This document shows positions 13,649-24,396 of a stretch of 64,000 bases of DNA, in pieces (the stretch's first letter is position 1; the number at the start of each line of letters is the position of its first letter). The position numbers were made by a program, and so were the translations under genes. The notes under the pieces were generated by a model that was not told the DNA's origin, did not search any database, and worked only from the letters and a program-made list of their open reading frames with translations. Source of the stretch: Chrysemys picta bellii (lineage: Eukaryota); contig NC_088793.1 of NCBI RefSeq assembly GCF_011386835.1, forward strand, positions 93,310,001 through 93,374,000. Reading direction: 5' to 3'.

Positions 13649-14279
13649 TAGGGCCCTCCCAAATTCATGGTCCATTTTCATCAATTTCATGATTTCAGCT
13701 ATTTAAATCTGAAATTGCATGGTGTTGTAATTGTAGGGGTTCTGACCCAAAAAGGAGTTGTGTGTGTGTGTGTGGAGGGGGACACACAAGGTTATTGTAG
13801 GGGAGGTTGTGGTACTACTACCCTTACTTCTCTGCTGCTGCTGGCAGCGGTGCTACCTTCAGAGCTGAGCAGCTAGCGAGTGGCAGCTGCTGGTTGGCAG
13901 CCCAGCCCTGAAGGCAGAGCCACCGCCAGCAGCAACAAAGAAGTAAGGATGTCATGGTATCGTATTGCCACCCTTATTTCTGCATTGCTGCTGGGGGGGA
14001 GGGGACGCTGCCTTTAGAGCTGAGCGCCTGGCCAACAGCCACAGCTCTCCAGCCACCCAGCTCTGAAGTCAGTGCAGAAGTAAGGGTGGTAAAATAACCT
14101 TGTGACCTCCCTGCAACTCTCTTTTGGGTCAGGACCCCCAGTTTGAGAAATGTTGGTCTCCCCTGCGAAATCTGTTTAGTATAGGGTAAAAGCACACAAA
14201 AGGCAAGATTTCACAGGGGAAGACCAGATTTCACAGTCCATGACGTGTTTTTCATGGCCATGAATTTGGTAGGGCCCTA
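13649..14279. mobile_element. hAT MITE
   Basis: TIR TAGGGCCCTCCCAAATTCATGG / CCATGAATTTGGTAGGGCCCTA; perfect 8-bp TSD GCAATAGT at 13641-13648 and 14280-14287. Confidence 0.92.
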
Positions 14280-14931
14280 GCAATAGTGATTAAAGCTTTA
14301 CAAGGCAGCAACTGTGATTTTAAAGGAATACCAACGGATGTATAAAGTAAGCTTGCCAGTTTTTGATATAATTTTTAGTATAGTATAGTTTAGCATAGTA
14401 TTTAATATGTATATGCTTGAAATGTGTGTGGGTTTTAATTGTATTTTATTTATGTAAAACCTAAAGTATAATTTAAGAACTGCTGTCAGCTATTTGTTAC
14501 AAACTGTCCGCTTGTATCAAACTGCTTCATGAAGGCATGGCTACACTTGCGAGTTAGAGCGCATTAAAGCAGCCCAGTGCGCTCTAACTCAAGACCCATC
14601 CACACTGGCAAGGCACATAGAGCATCTGACTCCGTGGCTAGAGCGCTCCTCGTACTCCACCTCGGCGAGTGGAATAACATTTGATGCGCCCCCACTGGAG
14701 CACCGTGGTGCCAGTGTGGACGCCCTGGTCTGTTAATGCGCTTTGATCGGCCTCCAGAAGTCCCACAATGCCTGTTCTAGCCACTCTGGTCATCAGTTTG
14801 AACTCTACTGCCCTGCCGTCACGTGACCAACCGTCAGACCCACCCTTTAAATTCTCTGGGAATTTTGAAAATCCCCTTCCTGTTTGCTCAGCCAGGCGTG
14901 GAGTGCTCTCAGCGAATCTTTCCAGGTGACC

Positions 14932-15454
14932 ATGCCTCCACGCGCCAGGCAATCCCCAGTATGGAGCAATGGCGAGGTGCTGGACCTAATCAGGGTTTGG
15001 GGGGAGGAAGCTGTCCAGTCCCAGCTGCGCTGCAGCCATAGGAATTATGATACCTTTGGGCAGATATCAAGGGACAAGGTGGAAAGGGGCCATGATCGAG
15101 ACACACTGCAGTGCAGGGTTAAAGTGAAGGATCTGTGGAATGCCTACTGCAAAGCCTGCGAGGCAAACAGCCACTCCAGTGCTTCCCCTGCAACCTGCCG
15201 TTTTTACAAAGAACTGGACGTGATACTTGGGAGCGACCCCACCTCCACTCTGAGTACCACCATGGACACTTCAGAGCCCAATCCAACAAGACAGGAGGAA
15301 GAGGAACAAAGCGGGAGAGAGGCTGCTGAGGAGGAGGGAGACACCCAGGCATCCCTAGATGCATATAGCCAGGAGCTGCTCTCAAGCCAGGAGGAAGGTA
15401 GCCAGTTGCGGTGGCGGGTGCTTGGGGAAGGACAAACACCAGAGGAGGTTCCCA
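14932..15454 (+). CDS. Harbinger Myb/SANT-like (trihelix) protein, exon 1, open frame
   Basis: MPPRARQSPVWSNGEVLDLIRVWGEEAVQ..QCRVKVKDL..CRFYKELDVILG, then acidic tract; GTAAGT donor at 15455. Confidence 0.75.
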
Positions 15455-16086
15455 GTAAGTAGCTTTTATTTTGGGAAGGAAGTTATTTGGTGCGGGCTCT
15501 TGGGGTGAGGAGGGTTAGGGCTGCATGCATGCCTAGATGCGGAATAGGGTGTTGATGTGCTCTCTCACATCACAGTAATCGGCCTCAGTGATCTCATCAA
15601 TGGTCTCATCCAGAACTTGGGCAATGTGCTTGCGCAGGTTTCATGGGAGAGCCACTGTAGTCCTTGTCCCAGTCAGGCTAACATGTCCACGCCACTGTGC
15701 CGTGAAGGGTGGGGGGACCATTGCTGCACACAGGCAAGCTGCATGTGGGCCAGGGTGGAAGCCGCATTGGAGTAGAAGACCCCCCTTGCTTCCCAGGTCA
15801 CCCTCAGCAGCAAGATATCTTCCAGGATGAACTCCTGTGGAAAATGTGGGGACAGTGTTGAGTATAGGGGACCCCTGCACCTGTTGGCTCTCCCCAAGGC
15901 ACAGAAACCCAGAGGACAGTACAGCCATGAAAGAATCAGTCCCCCTTGACCCTGTGCTTACTCACCATTTTGGGGCTCCCGGGGGTTATGTGCGCTCGCT
16001 TTGGGATGGGCAAATTATGCTATTGTGTAGACTGTGCTTGCCCTCCTTAAGTATGGGGGAATCATTGCTCTGTCTGGTGTGAACAG

Positions 16087-16645
16087 TGCAGCCTCTGTTA
16101 AGTGTTGATCTCAGCCATCCGTGTTATCACCGGCCGAGAGGCTGCAAAGAATCAGGAAGAGGCCATAGAAGCAAAGAGGACATGCTGCATGAAGTCATGC
16201 AGTACTCCCTTAATGAAGATCAAAAAGTACAGGAGTGGTGGGAGAGTGAAAGGAGGGTCCACCAGCAGAATGCGGATCGCTGGCACCAAAGCATGGAACA
16301 GCTGATAAGCATCATGGTGCACCAAGAGGACTCGATCCAGGCGCTCGTAGCCATGCAGGTGGAGCACTACTGCACCTGCCCCCCCCACATGCCTTGTCCC
16401 AAAACTCTTTCCCTTGTGCCCCCATGTCACCCCCAACCCACTTTCCCCAACATCTGGATTCTTATCACCACCAGCTGCCTCCAACACCTGTAGCTTCACC
16501 ACCCAGCCCTGAAAACTACGACCCTTACCCACTGCATTCAACCCCCATCACCATGCAGTATAGCCAGCCTGAAGTGCAGCACTCATTGCACAGCACTCCA
16601 GACAGGAAGGCTGAGTATGATAACAGGACATACACAAATCTGTGA
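16087..16645 (+). pseudogene. Harbinger Myb/SANT gene exon 2, frameshifted relative to the likely ancestral frame
   Basis: SKEDMLHEVMQ..coiled segment and Pro-rich tail split over ORFs 16086, 16102 and 16394; homologous to copy B SKEDMF. Confidence 0.75.
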
Positions 16646-16921
16646 TTGTACCATTCCCCACCCCACCACCTTGCCCTTTCTGTTTCCCAAGCAGTTGTTT
16701 CTTTTCAATAAATGCATTTTATTATCAATAAATGGATGTTTTTGCTTTGAAAACATTGTTTATTATTGCATAAAGTAAAAGATATCTTAGCCCAGGAAAG
16801 CAACAGGCACTGCAAGTCAGTGTATCATACGTAGCAAACACAGATTCCTACTAACATTGGAACCACTGCACTTCACTCCCGTGCAGGGCACCAGACATTA
16901 CTGGTGGCTTTCAGACTCAAA

Positions 16922-18116
16922 TTACTCCCTCAAGGCATTCCTAATGCTTGCAGTCCCACGCTGGGACCCTCTAATAGCCCTGCTTTCTGGATGTTCAAAT
17001 TCAGCCTCCAGGTGTTGAACCACCGAGTTCCATGCTTGAGTTAATCTTTCACCCTTCCCTTCACAAATGTTATGGAGGGTACAGCACGCGGATATAACCG
17101 CGGGGATGCTGTTATCGGCCAGGTCCAGCTTCCCATACAGAGAGTGCCAGTGGCCCTTTAAATGGCCAAAAGCACACTCCACAGTCATTCTGCACCGGCT
17201 CAGCCTGTTGTTGAACCGCTCCTTGTTGCTGTCAAGGCTCCCTGTGTAGCGTTTCATGAGCCACAGCATTAAAGTGTAAGCGGGGTCTCCAAGGATCACA
17301 ATGGGCATTTCGACTTCCCCTACGGTGATCTTCTGGTCTGGGAAAAAAGTCTTGCAGCTTCTTGAATATGCCAGTGTTCTGAAAGACGCATGCATCATGC
17401 ACCTTTCCGGGCCAGCCTGCGTTAATGTCAATGAAATGCTCAAGGTGATCCACAAGCGCCTGGAGAACCACAGAGAAATACCCCTTCCGATTAACGTACT
17501 CGGAGGCTAGGTGGGCTGGTGCCAGAATTGGAATATGCGTCCCATCTATCGCCCCTCCGCAGTTAGGGAAACCCATTTGTGCAAAGCCAGCCACGATGTC
17601 ATGCATGTTATTCAGAGTCATGGTTCTTCTGAGCAGGATGCGATTAATGGCCCTGCAACACGCTTCTAACCTCAACACGCTTCTAACGGTCAACTTTCCC
17701 ACTCCAAACTGGTTAGAGACTGATCAGTAGCTGTCTGGAGTTGCCAGCGTCCAGATTGCAATAGCCACCCGCTTCTCCATCGGCAGGGCAGCTCTCAATA
17801 TTGTGTCCTTGCAGGGTGGGGGGCAAGCTCCCATGAAAGTGGCTTTTCTTATGCGAAAGTTCTGCAGCCACTGCTCGTCATCCCAGACTTGCATAACGAT
17901 GTGATCCCACCACTCAGTGCTTGTTTCCCAAGCCCAAAAGTGCTGTTCCACGGTGGTGAGCATGTCTGTGAATGCCACAAGCAATCTCATGTCGTACGCA
18001 TCGATATCATCATCGGAGTCCTCACTGTCACTTTGGATCTTAAGGAATAACTTGACTGCCAAATGTGATGTGCTGACAAGACTCGTCAGCATATTCTTCA
18101 GCAGTTCGGGCTCCAT
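16922..18116 (-). pseudogene. HARBI1-like DDE_Tnp_4 transposase, disrupted
   Basis: Motifs WWDHIV, GFPNCGGAIDGTH, NRKGYFSVVLQA, ILGDPAY, RMTVECAFG; in-frame stop near 17724 and frameshift near 17355. Confidence 0.95.
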
Positions 18117-18318
18117 TCCCACAGACTGAAAGGGAAGACAGAGCGCGCAGTACAAAAAATGTTGAAAGATGGCGCCAATTGTGGATGGAAGCAGAGGGAT
18201 TGCTGGGATGCGAACTGATGCATCACGGGGCATTGGGACAGGACCCAGAATGCCTGCACTCCCCACCTCCTTCCCACAAGCCACAGTGCCAGAATGGGAA
18301 GAGATGCTCTGTGGGATA

Positions 18319-18411
18319 AGCAACAGAGGGTCCTGTGGCACCTTTAAGACTAACAGATGTATTGGGAGCATAAGCTTTCGTGGGTAGGAACCTCACTTCT
18401 TCAGATGCAAG
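18319..18411 (-). mobile_element. Penelope-like terminal fragment inserted in Harbinger A
   Basis: 93 bp flanked by direct repeat TCTGTGGGATA (18308-18318, 18412-18422); matches 10890-10980. Confidence 0.85.
18368..18408 (-). ncRNA. Minimal type I hammerhead ribozyme motif (Penelope-associated)
   Basis: GCAU-CUGAAGA-A-GUGAG(GUUCCUA)CCCAC-GAA-AGCU-U-AUGC: stem I, catalytic boxes, stem II and palindromic stem III. Confidence 0.7.
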
Positions 18412-19019
18412 TCTGTGGGATAGCTGCCCACAATGCACCACTCCAAATGCCACTGCAAGTGCCACAAATGTGGACACGCAAGTGCGCTTGCAGTTGTCAA
18501 TGTGGACAGACTGCAACGCTTTCCCTATTGAGTTCTTCGAAGCTGGTTTAACTCAAAGCGCGCTACATTTGCAAGTGTAGCCATGCCCTTAGGATCATTT
18601 AAACTATATGCTATTGTAGTTTGAATGCTCTTTATCTTGCAACAAGGGATTTGTGTCTCAGGGATTTTGTTTTGTTTAGGACTGTATTAGGGATTATTAG
18701 TTCCATTAATAAAAGATATTTTGTTTATGGAATGAATACTGATTGTGTCAATTACTTTATTGGAAGGTTATATCCGTGTCCTTTAGTGTTTCCTTAACAA
18801 TCCTGGAAACTTTTACCTCAGGAAGAACAGATTAAGGGAGAGATAGGCAAGTTATTACAGCAGCGTCCCAAAATCAAATTTTGGGGATAAAAGTACAGCT
18901 GGGAAGTCTGGTCTAAGAGAGTGTGAGCATGAGGCACTATAACTATGACTTCCAAGAGGCACTGTAATAGCTGAGGGGGAAACAGATCAATATCATCACA
19001 AGCAAAACAAAATATCTCA

Positions 19020-19260
19020 AGTCAATCTGACAAATTAAAATGCAATGTTGATTTGGTATGTTTCATTTCTATTGAAAATGCCAAAACTAGATGTTTTGAC
19101 ATTTCCAAAGGGGGATTTTTTGGAATTTTCCATTCAGAAGAAATAAACCTATTGTAATTCAACCTTTTGTTTAATTTCAGGATGAAAACAAATTTTGAAA
19201 TATTGGAATTTCCCACTCTACAAATACGGAATTTTCACACTTTTCTGCATTGTCCTGAGA
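19020..19260. mobile_element. AT-rich MITE fragment (uncertain)
   Basis: Composition and motifs (TTTTGAAATATTGGAATTTCCC) resemble the 7938 and 23076 elements; no TIR pair. Confidence 0.3.
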
Positions 19261-19447
19261 AGAGCTGCAGATTAATAACACTTCCTGAAAAAGGAAAGAA
19301 GGATGATGGAAATGGCTCTCCTTCCCTTGCAGCTGAGGCTGGCAGTGACTCCCTTTGCCTTTTTGTAGATGGGGCTGCAGGTTACAACCTATCGGTCTAA
19401 CTATTTTAGTTGCAACTTGCCTTGGTGGCCATGATTCCATAGAGAGT

Positions 19448-19708
19448 CAGCATGGTTTAGTGGATAAGGCGATTGGACTCGGAGTTAAAAAACCTGCATT
19501 GTATTCCTGGTTCTGCCACTGACCTGATGTGTGAACTTGGGCAAGGCACCTCTGTTTATCCTTTCACCCACTGAAATCTTACCAATGTATATTGTAAACT
19601 CTTTCAGACAAGGACTGTCACTTATTATGTGCTTGTACAGAGCCTAGCCCAATAAGGCTAGTCTTGGTTGTGGTTTCTAGGTGCTACCATAATGTAAATA
19701 AATAATAA
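19448..19708 (+). mobile_element. MIR/CORE-type SINE with L2-like tail
   Basis: tRNA-like head CATGGTTTAGTGGATAAGGC, core CTGCCACTGACCTG..TTGGGCAAG, tail TGTAAACTC..GTACAG..AATAAATAATAA. Confidence 0.75.
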
Positions 19709-20559
19709 CTGTGCATGAGATACACAGATGCAATACTAGCACTTTCATCCTCTGGGATCACCTAATACCTGCAATCCAAGGTATTTTTATTCAATGTCTT
19801 GGGATTGATGAGGTCCACAGTGGAGGTGGACAGAAAAAGACTACCTCCTAACCTTCTTTGAAGTTCAGCAGCAAACAGTACCAGGAGGTAAAGTTTGCCA
19901 TACCTTAATCAGAGGACACTGCAATATTACATTAAGTAAAAGCAACAAAGAGAGTAATTAAAACGTTATGGGCACAGTATATAGAGGAAATATTGGTTAG
20001 CTAAAATAATAATTAAAAACCCAGATGTGTCTTTAACTCTTTCCTAATAGTAAAAGTAAAAAACAAACAAACACCAGTATAATCATGCCTTAATGAGACA
20101 ACATAATTTGTTATTAACCATTAGAAAAAAGAAAATAGTTGTTCATTAAAAGTTTTATGGTAAGATTTTCAAAAGCACCCAACTGACTTAGCATTAATTG
20201 GACTTGTGCTGATAAATTGTTCCAGAGCCTTTGAAAATTCCATTGAAAAAGTATATGACATAAAAAACCCCACCAAAAATAGCCAAACTTATAATAAATT
20301 CATGGAAGAATCCTGTTCAGCAGTGGAAAGACTGGGATGCAAAATATCATTGCCTTTTATGGAACCACCCCTAAAAGTCATGATTTTTTAAATGGAAATG
20401 ACAGGAATCACTAACACAGCCTGAAACCTAATCTTCTTATTAGAAGGAATTGTTTGAGTAACTCCTTGAAATTGTAAATATATGTCTAATAACTTGCAAA
20501 ACACCATAATTAAAAAAAAAAAAAAGCTAACACTCATTCTTTTCTGGGTTCCCCGTCCA

Positions 20560-21000
20560 TAGAAAGGAATATTATATAATGAGACAAAGACAGTGTGTAA
20601 ACATAAGATTGAGAGCTGAACTTTCTAAATGTTAAATTGAAATGGCTCAAGGCATGCTATCAATGAGGCACAGCAATAATTGCTTTGGTAAATGATTACT
20701 ACTTGAATCAGTCTGTCAAATCCCTACATAGAATGATGTGTTAACCAAAGATGGAGGCAGGATCAGTGAAGCAGATAAATGCATTTGATGCACTCAACCA
20801 AGTGACATTAGTGCTAGTGACATACAGTAATTTTGAAATCAAAACAGCAAATTAGTTATCAACAAAACAAAAGTTATGACATCAGGAAGATAAGGCTCAA
20901 AGGCAAGTAAATATGAGTGTTGATAAATTAACTAGATAGATGAAGAAGAATGAAACATTATTTTCTTGAAGAGAAATTAAACCGTTAATAGCAGAAACAC
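20560..21000 (+). mobile_element. Possible ancient RTE-like RT remnant
   Basis: Only short motifs, e.g. LVINKTKVMTSG near 20850; many stops. Confidence 0.25.
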
Positions 21001-22159
21001 TGAATATGTGTGACAAATATAGATTGTAGCAAAAAGTTTAAATAAAACAGAATATGTGATAGTATTGATGAAGTGATCAACAGCAAAAATGCCCCCCCTC
21101 AAAAAAAGAAAAAGAAACATACCATACAGTCAAAGATGTTAAATTCATCTTCTCAAAGTTTCCCCCTACACTACAAGAGCAAGAGATCAGTGAAGAAGGA
21201 AATTAAACCCTTCTGGCTTGGAATGGGAAATTAAGTTACTGAGGATGGCAAATCAGATGTAGGTGATGGATATATGATCATTATCTTTAGAACAGGGAAG
21301 ATTAAAGTCATGTCATTGAAAGAGGGCTGTATATATCCAATGTCCTGGATGACTCTAACACGGAAGGAGGAGAATGTGAATTAGGACATGTCCTCTGGGC
21401 CAGATGAAGATTACTGTCCAAAGAGAATAGGATTTATTGACAGACATGACAGAGCACAGCACTTTTGAACTCTGCTGATGAGCTAGGTACCAGTAGGATG
21501 ACTCTGGAATTCAAACCAGGAGAAAAAAACCTTTCTAATGAGAGGAAAAAGAGAGCATCCAAAGACCATGAATCTTTATGTAGGTCTTAAGTGACCTTCT
21601 TCCCAAAAGGTTGCTAAAAGTCTTGCAAGTCAATCCATTTGTAGTCTCTAGGCCCATGTAAAGAATGTTTCATTTTCACTGTGATGTTAGGATACTGAGT
21701 TCCTTTGTTATGAGGAATTAATTCTGTCCCTGGTCCCCTAAAATAGCTATTGAAGAGAAGGCACTAGGGGCATCTTGGATGGTGCTGTCAATGCCATAGC
21801 TACAGGAAGTTCATATCATTAGACAAGGGGAGGAACTGGGCACAGATTCAGATTCTCCATTGTTCCATGGAGGGTCAGTAGAGGTTATGTTAGTCATTTG
21901 ACTGAAGTAGCCTTCAAAGAATGGCTCAGCTGAAGCTTCCCAGCCTAAAGGGGAGTATTGCTTGTCACTCCCCAGCTACTTCATGCATCTGCTCAATGAC
22001 TGGAATGGCTACGCTGGCCAGACTCTGAGCTCTGGATTTAGTCATTCAAAAACATTAATAAAAATTAGTGACACATTTTGTGCCACACTTAGAACTTTTA
22101 ATAATGTGTGAACCACGTCTTCACAAATGTCTAAGGCACCTGTTGTCATTAGGGATTAA

Positions 22160-22289
22160 GGGACAGATTTTTAAAAATAGGCACCTGTGGGATTTTCAAA
22201 AGTGCCCGGGTGCCTAACTCTCATGTGAAAATCCCACTAGGCACCATTCTGTATCTATAGGTGCTTAAATACCTTTAAAAATCTGGGCC
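22160..22289. mobile_element. Short palindromic MITE with TAA TSD
   Basis: GGGACAGATTTTTAAAA / TTTAAAAATCTGGGCC, TAA on both sides. Confidence 0.7.
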
Positions 22290-22319
22290 TAAATCTGTGG
22301 CAAGCTGTAAGAGGAATAA

Positions 22320-22782
22320 CAACAGCCCCACATGAGGGCTCAGGAGAGTTGCTTGGGCCAGGCCAGCCCTGCATGGGTGTGGGAGGGCAAGTGGCTTGGG
22401 TGAGCAGCATGGGCTGGCCCCACACGGACTGGTGGCTTGGGCCAGCCCCATGTGGAATGAGAGGAGTGAGCGTCATGGGTCAAGGGGGGTGAGTGGCACA
22501 GGCTGGGGGGTGGGTCAGTGATGCAGGCCTAGGGGAATGGGCAGTGAAGGTTGGGCCTGCATGGGTGGGTGCTTGGGCCAGCCCTGGGAGAGCTGGGGTG
22601 TGAGCGGCACAGGCCAGCCCCACACAGGTGGGGGGGATGAGCGGCTCGGGCCAGCCCTGCATGGGCGGGGACGGGGGGCTCGGGCTACCAGCTGACACCG
22701 GCCCTTTTGGGGGAGGGAAGGATACCTCAAGAAACCCCCAGGCAGTGTCTCATTTTCCCTTTTGGGAAATATGGTCACCCTA
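22320..22782. mobile_element. GC-rich hAT-type MITE fragment
   Basis: Repeated GGCCAGCCCTGCATGGG-like units; right terminus GGGAAATATGGTCACCCTA; left end not found. Confidence 0.55.
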
Positions 22783-23075
22783 CAAAACATGTTCATTTGG
22801 GGGCTGAAATAATGTTTGATTAATTTTAGTCCAAAAGGAACATTGCTGAGAAAGCAGGAGTTCAAGTGTTCCACCCTGCTCCTGCTGCCATCGACGTCAA
22901 TGGGAGTTTTGCCAAGGACTTTAGCAGCAGCAGCAGGAATTGCCCAGATAGTGTCTCAGCTTTTCCAGTGTACTGCCTTATGACTGTGATGGCTGGGATG
23001 TCACTTGCTCTGAAATACACAGCAGGAAATCTGGGTTAATGATTGGTTCAAATCTTACTGAATCGGATTGCTAAT

Positions 23076-23661
23076 TGGAGCTGGGGGAAATTTTTCAACC
23101 AAATAGTTTATTTACTGAAAAAAGCAGTTTTGGTCGATCTGAAACTATTTTTGAAGTTTACACAAATTCGCTGAATTGTTTCAACCAAAACATGTTTTCT
23201 TTTATTTTGGGGATGTCCACAAAATGGCTAGAAGAGGACATGATGGTGTATAAAATACTTGTATAGTCATTGGACCAAAGAAGAGAGTGAGAATGACTCT
23301 ATAGTGTGGTGGTGAGGGGAAACTCCCATGGGAGACCCAAGTTAATGTATCTGCTCCACATCAGGAAGAGAGGGAAATGGAACTAGTGTCACCCATGTCC
23401 AAGTTAGTGCCTTGACCACTGGGCTAAAAGTTATAAGGGAGGCAGTGGCAGTTTCTCCTTTCTCTGTTTTCTCAATTTAGTCTTTTATTTCCTTTGCTTT
23501 TATGTTAAAAAGTACCAAAAAATGAAATGGTTCATTTCATGTTGGATACATTTTTTGTTGATTTTTCCTAATTTGCTGAAGTTTATTTGAATGTTCAGCT
23601 TTGGTTTGGGTCAAATCAATTTTTCAGCAAACCCAAAAAATCAGTTATTTGCCAAGCTCTA
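23076..23661. mobile_element. hAT MITE with internal tRNA-like heads
   Basis: TIR TGGAGCTGGGGGAAA / TTTGCCAAGCTCTA; TSD TTGCTAAT/GTGCTAAT. Confidence 0.7.
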
Positions 23662-23679
23662 GTGCTAATCACATTTTAA

Positions 23680-23931
23680 AATAGCCATCTATAGGACAAG
23701 TTGACCTAACTTATGTAGCTTAGGTTGACTTACTGCAGTGTCTACGCCATGCTGTGTTGATAGGTGATGCTCTCCCATTGACTTACCTTATTCCTCTCGT
23801 TCCGGTGGAGTACCAGAGTCGACCAGAGAGCGCTCCATGGTCGATTTAGCGAGTCTTCAGTAGATCTGCTAAATCGACCCCCTCTGCATAGATTGCAGCA
23901 GCATTGATCCCCGGTAAGTGTAAACAGGGCC
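23680..23931. mobile_element. Harbinger-type MITE
   Basis: Right end AGTGTAAACAGGGCC; internal TCGA palindromes shared with the 24112 element; left end degenerate. Confidence 0.7.
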
Positions 23932-24111
23932 TATATGTTTGACTTAGTTAGGGATTTTGTAAACAAATTCTGAATTTTTTAGTATAATCTTGGCAGGTAA
24001 CTTTTAAAACTAAAAAGGTTTGTAAAGAACAAAAGGAGGAAAAGGACAGAATAGCATTGAAAATTAATGTAGTGCCTCATGGAAGCCTGTATCTCAATGT
24101 AGATTCACTAA

Positions 24112-24396
24112 GGCTAGGTCTACACTACCCGCCTGAATCGGCGGGTAGAAATCGACCTCTCGGGGATCGATTTATCGCGTCCCGTTGGGACGCGACAATC
24201 GATCCCCGAATCGACGCTCTTACTCCACCAGCGGAGGTGGGAGTAAGCGCCGTCGACAGGAAGCTGCAGAGGTCGATTTTGCCGCCGTCCTCACAGCGGG
24301 GTAAGTCGGCTGCGATACGTCAAATTCAGCTACGCTATTCACGTAGCTGAATTTGCGTATCTTAAATCGACTCCCCCCTGTAGTGTAGATGTAGCC
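24112..24396. mobile_element. Young CpG-rich Harbinger MITE
   Basis: TIR GGCTAGGTCTACACTAC / GTAGTGTAGATGTAGCC; flanks TAA/TTA; CpGs retained. Confidence 0.9.

Larger units (their letters stand above)
14533..18588. mobile_element. Harbinger/PIF DNA transposon, near full length (copy A)
   Basis: TIR AGGCATGGCTACACTTGC / GCAAGTGTAGCCATGCCC, flanks TGA/TTA; convergent Myb/SANT and DDE transposase genes. Confidence 0.95.
13226..19000 (+). mobile_element. Probable ~1.1-kb solo LTR split by a hAT MITE and a Harbinger
   Basis: TGTAG start, TATATAA near 13408, AATAAA near 18708, CATCACA end; flanks AGCT/AGCA; about 1.08 kb remains after removing the inserts. Confidence 0.5.
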
